A stretch of 64,000 nucleotides of DNA from Octopus bimaculoides (taxonomy: Eukaryota), in assembly GCF_001194135.2 (NCBI RefSeq), contig NC_068987.1:23855544-23919543 (forward strand), written 5' to 3'. Positions 25,341 to 37,559 of this stretch are shown here, in pieces. The notes under the pieces are model-generated. The model was not told where the DNA came from and made no database searches. It saw only the letters and a program-made list of their open reading frames with translations. Each line of letters begins with the position of its first letter. The stretch's first letter is position 1. Position numbers and translations under genes: made by a program.

Positions 25341-25989
25341 CCCTGGTTCACGTCCTCGGCTTCCACACTCACTACGGTGCCCTACTACATAACTGGGTGT
25401 TGGAAAAACACCTCATTGGTGGTTGCACAACCTAAACTTTTAGGTGCAGTAAGGTTTGCACAGCACCTCAACAGACCCTCTCCACTCAACTGATATGATC
25501 CAGAGACAAACCAGGGCAAGATACACTACCAATATGGGTTGCAGGTTCATGAATGTGAGAGCGCCATAATCTCAAAATGTTCAATACCATTTCCTGCATA
25601 TCTGGTTTTATATGAGAGTGATATTCTCCTCAAGACATGCTCTGGCAAAAGCTAAGGGGCACCTCACTTCCAGTGGTTTTCCAGCCCAGAATTTCTGAGG
25701 GCCCCCTGCTATTGTTGATAGTCACTGAACCTACACTAGGTTCATCCATCCTTTTGACAGGTCTTGTTTTTAGTCCTGCTGAGTTTCTAGCAACCCTCCT
25801 CACCAAAGAAGCCTAACAGGGGTGCCAGTTTAGTTGCTGATGACCCAACCTTGCAACAGGTTGTACTGGATTCCATGTTATCAGTAGCACTCATGAGAGA
25901 CCTCGCAAGTGACCTGTTTATACACATAAACATATGCATACATACATATAAACATATGCATACATGTTCCCTGACTTTGGTTCTGGCTC

Positions 25990-26620
25990 AGAGGCATTGT
26001 AGATTGTAAATCTCTGAATACAACTTGTAGCATGGCTGAGAAGCAGATTGCAAACAAAACAAGAGTCATTACACAGCCCTGCTTGATTCTATACTTTACA
26101 GGTAGTTCAACCACTTTCCATCATGGAGGCTATCATATCATTGTGGAATGATCTTAATACTGACCATCTATTGGGAATACCCAAAATTTGTACAGAACTT
26201 TCCAGAGAGCATCACAGTTAACCATATGAAAGGGTTTTGCTAAATCAAATCACAAAAGCTGCATTGTGATTCAGGGTGTACTGTCTCCACCAAGTGATGA
26301 ATGGGCCTGTTGAGCATGACTCTGGTAAGTATTTTGCCAGCAGTGGAGAGGAGTGAGAGAGTTTCTGTTTGCAGACAACTGTGCTTTGACAAACTCTTTA
26401 CAGGACGTCTAAACATGGGTTGACTGTTTTGCTAATGTTGCCAAATCCTTTGACCTTACAATCAACTCAAAAAAGATTGAGGTATTGCACCAGCCAGTAC
26501 CTGAACACCCAAAACAGGATCTTATTGTCATACTAGACAACACCCCTCTAAATGTTGTGCCAAAATTCAGCTTTCAACAGACTCCAGCATAGACTGTAAA
26601 GAGATCAAGACATCTGTTTG
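25990..26620. mobile_element. Decayed RTE-clade LINE RT with an internal inversion
   Basis: Minus strand: SLLSTAGKILTRVMLNR, PESQC, IKQGCVMTLVLFAICFSAML; plus strand from about 26400: DCFANVAKSFDLTINSKKIEVLHQP. Confidence 0.6.
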
Positions 26621-27017
26621 GCTACAAAGATCAGTGTGTATGTGTGTGTAAACACATATACATATACACACACACACACATATAGATATACATACATACA
26701 TTCTTGAGCCCCTAGGTCACATAAAGCCGGTTACTCGGTTTCTATGACATAAGTGGCTGAGATCACAATTCCCGTGAACGGAACACTGGTCCATTGCAGG
26801 TTTCAAGGTTGACCCTAGTAGCTGACTGGTACTTTATTTTATCAATCCAGAAAGGATAGACGGTAAACTTGGCTTTTGCAGAATTTGAACTCAGAATATA
26901 AAGAGCTGGAAGAAATGCCGTTATCATTTTGTCCGTCTACATAAACACACATGCACACACACACATATATATATATCTGTACAAACATTCCACATATATA
27001 TATATATATATATATAT

Positions 27018-27361
27018 ACTCTCTTTTACTTGTTTGGAGCACCGCCTTTAATCGAGCAAATCGCCCCCCAGGATTTATTCTTTGTAAGCCTAGTACTTAT
27101 TCTATCAGTCTGTTTTGCCAAACCGCTAAGTTACGGGGAAGTAAACACACCAGCATCGGTTATCAAGCGATGCTGGGGGGACAAACACTGACACACACAT
27201 ATATATATACATATATACGACGGACTTCTTTCAGTTTCCGTTTACCAAATCCACTCACAAGGCTTTGGTCGGCCCGAGGCTATAGTAGAAGACGCTTGCT
27301 TAAGGTGCCACGCAGTGGGATTGAACCCAGAACCATGTGGTTGGTAAACAAGCTACTTACC
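27018..27361 (-). mobile_element. tRNA-derived SINE (OK-like, internal CA/TA microsatellite); head runs into gap
   Basis: Same sequence as copies at 49913, 56565, 62053. Confidence 0.85.
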
Positions 27362-27594
27362 NNNNNNNNNNNNNNNNNNNNNNNNNNNNNNNNNNNNNNN
27401 NNNNNNNNNNNNNNNNNNNNNNNNNNNNNNNNNNNNNNNNNNNNNNNNNNNNNNNNNNNNNNNNNNNNNNNNNNNNNNNNNNNNNNNNNNNNNNNNNNNN
27501 NNNNNNNNNNNNNNNNNNNNNNNNNNNNNNNNNNNNNNNNNNNNNNNNNNNNNNNNNNNNNNNNNNNNNNNNNNNNNNNNNNNNNNNNNNNNNN

Positions 27595-27637
<43 letters not shown>

Positions 27638-28145
27638 CATAGACGCGCGCACATACAAGCACATCCATGCGGACATATATACACACATTTACATCCATAC
27701 ATACACGCACACGTGTGTTTTGTGTGTGCATGTAACGTATGCGTTAGTGCGATGCGTCTGGGGATACAAAGATAAACATGTTGACAATATAGTTGCACAT
27801 TTAAAGCCTCTGTTTCTGCTGTTGATACATTGATGGGCGTGTGGGGGTGGGGGAGGACAGGGCGTAAGAGCATCCAGATAATCCGCGCATCTAATTATTG
27901 GTTTTTGATTCAGAGAACGTCCACTACTTTCTACCAGAAAAGCGAAACTTCTTTGTGTGTATGTACACACACACACACGTTCAATTATATCTGCTATGCT
28001 TCTTACATTCCTGTATAGACATTAATGTATATAGGACACATAACTTAATGAAGTGCTCATAAAGTCGCTACTCAAAAATCGAAGCAGTCACACACATACA
28101 GATATGCATGGAACATATTTGTGCGCGCGCACACATACAGATTAT

Positions 28146-28180
<35 letters not shown>

Positions 28181-28195
28181 CATATATACACACAC

Positions 28196-28270
<75 letters not shown>

Positions 28271-28368
28271 GATAAATATATATATATATATAATGGTGAA
28301 CACTGTGGTTTATGACGATTGTAAACACTTTGTATGTACAATATGTGTGCGAACATAAAAAGGGAAAA

Positions 28369-28416
28369 CAGCTCAATGTACATTTCGACTTTTTTTAAAG
28401 CTCTCATCAGCTGCTG
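28369..28416 (-). ncRNA. Degenerate minimal (Penelope-type) hammerhead motif
   Basis: Minus strand CAGCAG-CTGATGA-GAGCTTT-AAAA-AAAGTC-GAA-ATGTACAT-T-GAGCTG: intact core, palindromic stem III, stem I with two mismatches next to the core. Confidence 0.45.
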
Positions 28417-29544
28417 TGAATCTTTCGTGTATCTACAAATACATTGCTTATAAACCTACTAATATTGGAAGTTAAACTGGGTAGCCCAAACTGTTTACAA
28501 TCACCCTAAGTGTTGGTTTGAAAAAAAACATGTTCTATAATACATTATTGTAACGAAACCTTGTTAATCAACCATATCCCGTGAAGAGGACAGCCTCTCC
28601 GTTGGACATCTTGCTATCCAAATAAAGTCTACATTATTGAGTTGAGTCCTCAACTGAACTATAGTCTTCGCAGCTCTATACCAGACAAATACACACACAC
28701 ACAGTCCGATGAAAGCTACATTGCCGATTCTTTGAAGTAACCGTTAACCTTTTTCGTTGTAAAAATTAATCAAATATGTAACTCTACAGAAGAATATTTA
28801 GAGATCCTTCAGTTTAATATGTGACTATTTTTATAATTCATACATAAAAAAAAACATAAGTGCATGCATTCTCCTTCACACCCAATCATTGACTGTTAAA
28901 ATTCCGAACGTCACTAGCCATGCCTACTTCTCCCACCACTTGTTTAGCCACAGGCTAGCTGTAATCAAAAGATAAACCAGTTGTAATCATCTCATCTTTT
29001 TTGATTTTACAGTGTACCTCAGACCATCGTTTCTAATGCAGCTATATTTCCAGACGGTTGAGTATGTTGAAGGAGAGTTGGCTGCTATTTCCAGCAGGCC
29101 GGATGACCGCATAGAGATTCCCTACTATACTGTATCGTCCGCGATCTTTTTCTCGACTCTTGTGGCTAATAAACTGTCATCAGCATTATCAATGTTGTTA
29201 TTTATTATCATTTATCAAATACATCTTTTTGAATTACTTGTGATCCTTTCTTGGCAATGACATTCGTTAATTCCGTGTAACTCTTCTCACAGGCAGGACC
29301 TAAACATTGTGACCACAGGTGACTAAATACACTACCAATGACACACAATCGGGAAATGACCTCAGCAAAACTACTTCGTACTAGCTATCCATAAGAGCCT
29401 GTCATATCAAACATTTTACAGGTTCTGTCCATGTAGTTATCTCCCTAAATTTAACACATCCACATAGTAGGCTCGAAGTCATGGATTCGTTAGTGCCCCT
29501 CATTTCTCCATCTGCATATCTACACACATATAGAGAGATGTAAA

Positions 29545-29585
<41 letters not shown>

Positions 29586-30228
29586 CATACACACACACAC
29601 ACTCACATACGAACAAATTACATACACATATACACAGACACACGTACACATACTCCATTGCAACAGTTTCATGAAAAGAAAGCCACTAAAGCTACGAAAG
29701 ATCGCAACTACGATCGTTTCTATAGAGGCTGGAAAGCTGTGAATGCTTTTTGTTGCAATTAAAATTTTTTTTTTTTAGGGAATACTAATCAAGATTAAAC
29801 ATCAATACATATGTTTGAGTGTGTGAAACCACACTGACACACACTTCACCATTAGCATGGATCATGTGAACACGCAAGTATTTATATATACGTATGTATA
29901 TATAAATACGTCTAATAACGGTATACTCTGTTATTAGCATACGCAATAGTATTAAGTAGAAAGTGTGTATCTTCTACAAAATTACATTTAGCATTCACCT
30001 CGAAAAAAATCATAAAATACATTGACAGTTTCCATCAACTCTACTGAAATGGTCCTCTTTGCAATCTTTATTTAGTTTTGGTGTCTTATTTTTACAGAAA
30101 CTGTTGGTCTAGAGTGTGTATGTGTGTGTGTGTGTTATAAGGAATGTTCTTTCGTTTGTTTTGTGTATCCTCAGAAATTCTGGGGAACGTATTTATTCAC
30201 AGAACTATTTAACAGGAATGACACTTAC

Positions 30229-30599
30229 CAGGAGAATTCATCATCTTTGGACGAGATACTATTTACATCTATAATGTCCACATCGTCCTCTACAGTTTGA
30301 TGGGTACTGTTATTATTGCTGCAGCTGTTGTTCTGATGTTGTTGGCTGTGATGGTTGTTGTGGTGATTATGTTGTTGGTGGTTGTGTTGGTGGCTATTAT
30401 TATGGCCCGTCGAGCCATTGTGCTGGTTGAGCTTAGTATCCACATCACCGTTGTTTAGCTTCTGTTTACTCCGAAGCAGTTCGTTCTGTAGCTCAAGCCT
30501 CTTCACCAGTTCCTGCAGTTTACGTACCTCGGCTTGAGGGTCAACCAGGTTCGCCTCGACAGGACTGGCGGACGTTTCCTTCTTCGACACACTATTCAT
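30229..30599 (-). CDS. SLAIN: SLAIN motif-containing protein (SLAIN1/2 homologue), first coding exon
   Basis: MNSVSKK...DPQAEVRKLQELVKRLELQNELLRSK matches the SLAIN N-terminal coiled coil; ends VDIIDV...DDEFSW with phase-2 donor TG|GTAAGT, in the conserved D-x-x-S-W-L-Y region. Confidence 0.85.
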
Positions 30600-30962
30600 C
30601 TTCGAAGGCGGGGGCAAAAGACAAGGGCAACCTACTTAGAACAAACAGCCCCCTTGAAGGAAAAGAAAGGTATTTGACAACAAAAAGAAAGGTGTAGAAG
30701 GATAGAGGCAAAATGCTCTCCTTCCCGAAACAAAAATAAAAAAAAAAACTGACAAACCCCCCCGCGTGTGATGCCTATTTGTCGGACAACTGGGGTATGG
30801 ATTTTAGATTACTGTTAATGTGAGTGAGGAAGTATGAAGTTAGTTAGATGTGTAGCGACACTAATTAGAAAGTAAAATAAGGTTTCATTAAATAGAAACT
30901 GCAGCAGACTGAGGTAAAAAAAACTAAATGACAATCGCCCCTCCTGACAGGAAGGTTTTCAT

Positions 30963-30974
30963 TGCGCATGCGCC
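30963..30974. promoter_or_regulatory. NRF1/EWG-type binding motif in the probable SLAIN promoter
   Basis: TGCGCATGCGCC (minus strand GGCGCATGCGCA) about 360 bp upstream of the SLAIN ATG, in a locally CpG-retaining region. Confidence 0.5.
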
Positions 30975-32269
30975 TAGATTTCATCGCTGTCAACGATTTC
31001 CTGTAGCTTTTAGTTTTGCTTTGCCTTCACATGGTAGCTGATTGTTGTTTCTTTGGAAAATAATATTTGAAGTAAAATAATTAAACACTCAGACATTGAA
31101 AATAACAAAGCTACTTTGAATATTTAGCAAATGTTTCAAGTGAATTAAGTGATGACAACGAAGTAGTCGATATATGTGTGTGTGTAAAGTTATTTTTCTC
31201 TAGATATATTTATCCCTTTGCGCATATGGTCTATTATATTTATTCATTTACTTGTTAACACTATACTATGCCTAATGTATTTGTCTACTGACGAGAAATA
31301 ACATTCTAAGTTTATTCGAAACAGAGAAAGTGAAATAAGTGATTATATATATATATTATTCCTTTCTTCGTTCTTAGTATATTTAGATGTTTCCGACTTT
31401 GCTGTGACAAAAATTGTAGAACACCGAACTAAAAGCATTTTATTTAGCTTCAGTCCTCTTAAATTCATTTTCAAACTCGACTTGCCACTTATTTTTACTG
31501 AATCAGTATATTAAGAGTCAGTTAAATACTAGTTAAGTACTAGGTTCAATGCAAATGACACCACTTCCACCACCTCCACAAAAATGTCTTGAGTCTTCTG
31601 TATTTGAAATGAAATTTAGGCCGTTCTTTTACATATCTCTGACTGTGCAGTGACAGAAATGGCAGGGTATCGGTCTTAATGCTTTCCAACCCTTCAGACA
31701 TATACTAGAGTAATATCGATTTCCCCTTGTACCAACGAAAGAATGCTGAATATTTATATATGGTTCAAGAAAAACCCAATTACTAGACTAGAATGGAGAA
31801 GAGAATGTGCATGAAACGTTAATAAACATTAAATCATGTTTTAATTATGCAAATAAATTTTAGCCTCATCTTTTTGAAGTGGCTGTGATGATGTATTTTG
31901 ATGATTCGGTTGAGTCAAATAAGAGTTTCGGTCTTTTCAAAGATCGTAACAGAAGGGTTTCTGAGTCTTGTTAAAAGACCTCTAAATCATAATTCACTTT
32001 CTCGTTTGTATTTAAACTGTCCCTACTCTTTGGTAATAGTCCTATAACTTTAAATGATATAGAACTACATAAAATAAAATAAATAAGGTAACCAGCAGAA
32101 ACTAATTATCTGCTACGAAGGAAAGAGAGAGAGAGATGTTTACTCAGAATTACCTGACAATGAATATATATGGAATTAAAAGGGAAATTCTCAAAAGGTT
32201 GATAAAATTAGGTTAGAAGTAAAGTCTGTCGCATTTCAAGATGGGAAAGAAACAAATGTTTCTTTGATC

Positions 32270-32660
32270 TTGATATATCTAACCAGATAATGTTCCCCTC
32301 ACGATAACATAATTCCATCTATCTGGCTAATTGTTCGTCCCTCAGATGCAAAATTCTTCAGGTTCTGGAGCAAAGAAACACTCAATAATTTTTGAATTTC
32401 ACAAATAATAAGCTATTTTCCTTCTAAATAATGTTGCAATGATCTTAATTGATCATTGCCGTGTTGGAGGAAGTTGAAGGAAGTAAGGAAGATGAGGCAA
32501 CACTTCTATATTTAGTGCCATAATCTTTTCCTGAGTGAATTGAGCAATATGTGGTCTTGTATTATCATGTAAGAGCAACTCTCCTTTACAAGTGTTTCAA
32601 TGTTAGACTCTTTTTCTGCAAATTTTTGCGCAATGTCAGTTTTCCAACTGACAATACTTC
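32270..32660 (-). mobile_element. Decayed mariner transposase, C-terminal half
   Basis: Minus-strand remnants ETVHAKYCQL, LHDNTRPHIAQFTQEKIMALNIEVLPHLPY, SLQHYLEGK. Confidence 0.65.
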
Positions 32661-32684
32661 GCATGAACCGTTTCATTTGAATGT

Positions 32685-33489
32685 ATTAGGTTATCAAGTA
32701 TGAAATTTGTAGTAAGGTATATGGTAAACTTTGACAGCTTCTCGTTTTGCGCCGTTATTATATTTTGATAATATTCTTTGTTAGAAAGCTGACACATCTA
32801 TTTCTTTATTCCAACTCATTTTGCGCTTTATAAAGTATTTATAAATCGTTTTTTGCTGTTTTTGTTTAGAGAAGGATAAGTCAGAAATTCGTACAGTTTT
32901 GAATTATGAGTTCTTTTTTTGGAAATACAGCATCACAGACAGCTCGGAATATTAATGGAGTATTTCATTCTAATGTTATTACACGTTCTGGCAACTTTGA
33001 CCTTACAAATGAGCAACGCGGTCGACTAGAAACAAAGGTGGATAATGACGAACTGAAAGCCACCATCGAGTTGGATCCATTTCAAAGTGTCCGTGAATTA
33101 TCGTTGTTGTTTGGTGTTAGCAAACAAACAATATTGGCTCACTTAGTTCGAATCGGTAAAGTGAAAAAGTTGGAAAAGTGGGTTCCACATGAACTCAATG
33201 AAAATCAGAAACAGCAACGTTTGAAAGCCTGCATTATGCTACTTGCTCGTCACAAAAATGAATCATTCTTTGAATCAAATTCTAACATGTGATGAGAAAT
33301 GGATCCAATACAACAACCGTAAACGTTCAGCACAATGGGTGGACAAAGACGAACCACCAAAACACAGTCCAAGAAGCAAAATTCATCAAAAGAAGCTGTT
33401 GGTGTGTGTTTGGTGCAGGTGTGATCCATTATGATTTCATTAAACCTGGCTCATCAATCACGGCCGAAGTATACTACAGCCAACTGTAG
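32685..33489 (+). mobile_element. Mariner (Mos1-like) transposon, N-terminal half, frameshifted
   Basis: KWVPHEL motif, ILTCDEKWIQYNN, GVIHYDFIKPGSSITAEVYYSQL; TTAGGTT mariner-like end near 32686. Confidence 0.85.
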
Positions 33490-34420
33490 AGTACACACCA
33501 GCATTGTTTTAGACAGTGCAGAGTAGGTAGAGATCAAATTTTGTTTGAGAAGTCCGGGCCGGATCCGATCTGGAATCCAGAGGTTGCCAGCCACTGTAGT
33601 GTTAGACAGAAAAAAGTACGTCAACTTACAGAAATCTATTTCATTAGTTCTGAATGGCCGAGTAAATTGCTCTTTTTTCTTCTTTTTTGTTGTTGTTATT
33701 TTTCAATCACGTTTTTCTCTTTGAGTGTCACCTGTATCAATCTTACCGGTCTCAATAAACCTGCGAAGGCTGCAGCCACTTTTGGCTAATTCAAATAATA
33801 AAAGAATCGTCCAATTTTTACTCTAAGCCAGATTTCAATTTAGTGCCCATCGCAGGAAGGTTAATTGTATGCATGTCATAATTAAATGTTATCCTCTTAT
33901 TATAATGAAAAACAAAAAAAAAAAAACCCCAATTCATTTGATGGAATTTAACATTCTCGACATCTATAATAATTCGTAAACTCCACAACCTTATAATTTA
34001 TTCTAACGGGCCCAAAGCCATACGATGAAAGTTTATGAACAGGCGATTTTATTTGATCAATATTTAATATATCGGCTTCCTCGGAAATAAAATCAACCTC
34101 AGCAGGATTCAGACTCAGAGTGTAACCCAAGCGTAACTGAAATACTATCCGGCATTCTACAATTTCCTTCAATCCACTAGATTTCCTCTACATAACCTTA
34201 AAATAAAGTTCTAATTTCTTCGGGTTCAATCTTTATTTTCTAAACCAATGTGATAAGAGTAGGGAATTGAGTGCTACACGAGTTATCCCCCTTACAACTT
34301 AGTAACTTGTCTAATGTGGGATTGTCTCTTGAAAGAATGAATCAATAAGAAATCACCTCGAAGAGAGCGTGAAGATGCAAAGAATTGATTACGTCTGAGT
34401 CTCCCAACTCCTTTATACAG

Positions 34421-34457
<37 letters not shown>

Positions 34458-34825
34458 GTATGATGAAGTAAAATATGGATAGGTGGTTGTTAATGGCTCC
34501 CAAATATTTTTTAAATGGTTGTACAGAACTGAGTATAAAAATATGTAATTAACCAAAAAATCAGGACAATAAGGAAAGCTAGAATTCATAGCAATTTTCC
34601 ATAGATAGGTTTATATCCTGAAAGTTCCTAGTTTAATATCACAGATAAAAGAGAGGAAAATCCGAATAATTCTTCGTAGTATCCAGAGAGTCCACAGTCA
34701 ATACGACAGTGGAGAATACTGGTAATTCTTTACAACTATTTCTTGGGTTGGATGCTCGGTAAGTTCAGTAGTGTACATTGTGGGTACATATACATGAAGT
34801 AGATTGGTATGTATGTATGTTAGAA

Positions 34826-35160
34826 GGCGCATTGCTCAGTGGTTAGAGCGTTGGACTCACAATCGTGAGGTAGTGAGTCTGATTTCCGGATTGGGCTGTG
34901 TTGTGTTTTTAAGCAAGACACTTTATTTTATGTTGCTCCAGTTCATTCGGCTGTAGAAATGAGTGGCGATGTCATTGGTGCCAAGCTATATCGGCCTTTG
35001 CCTTTCCCTTGGACAACATCGATGGCATGGAGAGCGTAGACTGGTATGCATGGGCGACTGGCGGTCTTCTGCAAACAACTTTGCTCGAACTTGTCTCCGA
35101 GGTTAACTTTCTAGGTACAATCCCATGGTTATTCATGGCCGAAGGGGGTCTTTTACCCGT
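34826..35160 (+). mobile_element. tRNA-derived SINE (third family)
   Basis: Head GGCGCATTGCTCAGTGGTTAGAGCG; same family as both copies at 50775-51345. Confidence 0.75.
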
Positions 35161-35428
35161 GTGTGTGTGTTCGTTCTTCTCTTCTTTTTAATTTAAAATT
35201 AATTTTGACCGGCCACCTACTTGGTAGCAAGGTTGTAAAGGAAAGCATCTTGTTTTGTTCATCTTCGGATGGTCTTGCAGATTTTTACAGTCCCAGATAT
35301 CGCAATTATTTGTGGTGTATGAATTAAGAACTTTTTCTCTCACCAAGAATCCAAGCTCAGCCATACTTCGCTTCAGACGAGTTGGTACGCATCCTGTTGC
35401 TCCAATAATAACAGATATAAAGCTGAAA

Positions 35429-35463
<35 letters not shown>

Positions 35464-35602
35464 TCCTGTTCAATCTCATTCTACATCTATTAATCGAGAC
35501 ATGAAATCTAATTGTAATAAGAAGAGTGATTTTAATTTTGATATAGATAATAACACAAAACATAGTTAGGCTTTTTACAGCGTAAGGGAGATAACCGTTA
35601 TT

Positions 35603-35661
35603 TAAGCCCATTTGTCATTCTAAAGAACATCGTATTCCATTTAGAATGACAAATGGGCTTA
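35603..35661. repeat. Perfect 22-bp inverted repeat with 15-nt loop
   Basis: TAAGCCCATTTGTCATTCTAAA (35603-35624) / TTTAGAATGACAAATGGGCTTA (35640-35661). Confidence 0.9.
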
Positions 35662-35665
35662 CAAT

Positions 35666-36060
35666 TTGACTGGTGTTAGCAAAACTATTTGGTTTGTTAT
35701 TCCGTATAGAAGGCAAATTAAATCTCATCTTCCTTTACAGTTCCATGAAGCGGTTAGTAAGAACTTTCCAAAAAATACTAGATATTATTCGATTATAAAT
35801 TCTCATAGACTCAGAGTAGCATTTTCCAACACAAAAAATCTTTCGCAAATTATATCTACTCATAATATACACCTGTTAAATAAAAATTCATTTACTGAGA
35901 GTTCCAACATTAATTTAGTTAATACCAACCTTTCCCCTAATAATAATAACAACAAAGTTTTGATCTCTGAGGTCAACCCCAACAGAATTAGATTTATGTC
36001 TAATAATTCTAAGATTAAGAATTCTATATATCAGTGTAAAATTACTTCGGTACCGAAGTC
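35666..36060 (+). mobile_element. Penelope-like element fragment (RT thumb/linker region up to the start of GIY-YIG)
   Basis: IWFVIPY...KNFPKNTRYYSIINSHRLRVAFSNTKNLSQIISTHN resembles the PLE WFNPPF...HFP...KIFN...KVSYS...II..HN block; ends at IYQCKIT. Confidence 0.55.
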
Positions 36061-37336
36061 CATTTTTATATCAGAACTTCTTCTCAGTTATCTAAAAGAA
36101 TTTCCAATCATCATTCTACATTTAGAGATAGTAGTAAACGCAATAGCACAGGACTTAGTAAATTGATTTGGAATCTTAAAGATAATAAGAAATTTATCTT
36201 AGATTGGTTCATCCTGTCAACCTCTTTCCTTACGACAAAGGTAAAAAATTTTGTAACATTTGTAATTCTGAACTGCTCCACATTCTCTTCTCTAGGAATC
36301 CACTTGTAAACACGTATATAGAGCGTTCTTACCGATGTAAACATTGGCAGCAACACACCATTAGCTGATATAGGTGATTTGTACCAATCTATATAGTTTG
36401 AGTATTTAGTTCTTCTTTTACTCTACGTCCAATAGAGATATCTATTTTCTAGCCTTTGATAATTTATTTAACTCACATATCACTCTACATTTCTCCTTTA
36501 TTAGTTCTCTCCTTATTGATTTATTTACCCCTTCTCTTCATATGCGCTACCTTTGACGTCATATCTACTAACGGTTTAAAAAAAATACTTAATAGCATTC
36601 TGTTCATCATTTACACAGTCATCACATTTGTTAAAATGTCTTATTGTTGAGTATGATTTTTCTTTCTTTCCCTGATGAGAAGATTACATTATTTTATACC
36701 ATTTATTCCTTTGGAATAATAACCAATGTTGTCTTCGAAACATATGCTGGAAGTAAAAGAATTTGAATAACACCTGCGTTTAACTCCATTTATTTATTCA
36801 TACTATACAAACTACTGCACATTAACCCAGTGTTTCTGCCTTTGAACAGGTTGCTACATTCTTGTTACTTGCGGGAATTTTGCTACCCTGGTAACTGTTT
36901 ATTGAATTTTCCGTGTTAACTGTAAACAAAAGAAAATTCACTCATCCATTTACATGGGACGAGGAGAGGACTTTCGAAGAGAAAGAAATTCCTAAATTAT
37001 TTTTTTGCTTGAGTGTAATAGACAAAAGTTTGAAAAAAACTTGCATTCATTATTTTTTTTGTTTAGTTTTTAAAAAGATCCCATGCATCATGGAGAGAGA
37101 GAGAGACAAATTCATAAATATGGTGTTGAATATGGTTTCACTATAGAAAAAGTTAAGGGCAATTTAGCTGTTGTTTTTAGCATGTCTCACGACCGTCTGA
37201 TACCTGCCTTATTTGTTTAATAAGCAAGTTAACAATGAGTGTAGGAAGATCTTTATTGAATGTTTTAAGGTATAAGCCTCGTTAGGGGTAAGAAGAATGT
37301 TTTACAGTATAAAAAATGCGACAACGTACCTTTAAG

Positions 37337-37510
37337 GAGTTATTGGTGAACGACACCAAGAACAGGTATACATTCTTTCGTGTTATCAGGAACATAGGAG
37401 CGAAGATAAAGAATACGCACACCCGGTGTTTAGGGTTAGAGTTATAGGTTAGGGGTTAGGGTTTTGTTACGCCGAAAACGGTTGGTGTGCGTATTCTTTA
37501 CCTGGGTATA
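37337..37510. mobile_element. Small foldback element with a TTAGGG tract in the loop
   Basis: Perfect 17-bp IR TAAAGAATACGCACACC (37407-37423) / GGTGTGCGTATTCTTTA (37484-37500) enclosing TTAGGG variants. Confidence 0.6.
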
Positions 37511-37559
37511 GTCTTGCAACCTCCAAAAGAAACTTATGAAATCGCTGGGTTGGCGGTGA

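Noticed and set aside
31288-31322. CTGACGA-GAAATAA...TTATTC-GAAAC hammerhead-like core
   Set aside because: Stem II is plausible but there is no NUH triplet with matching stems I and III
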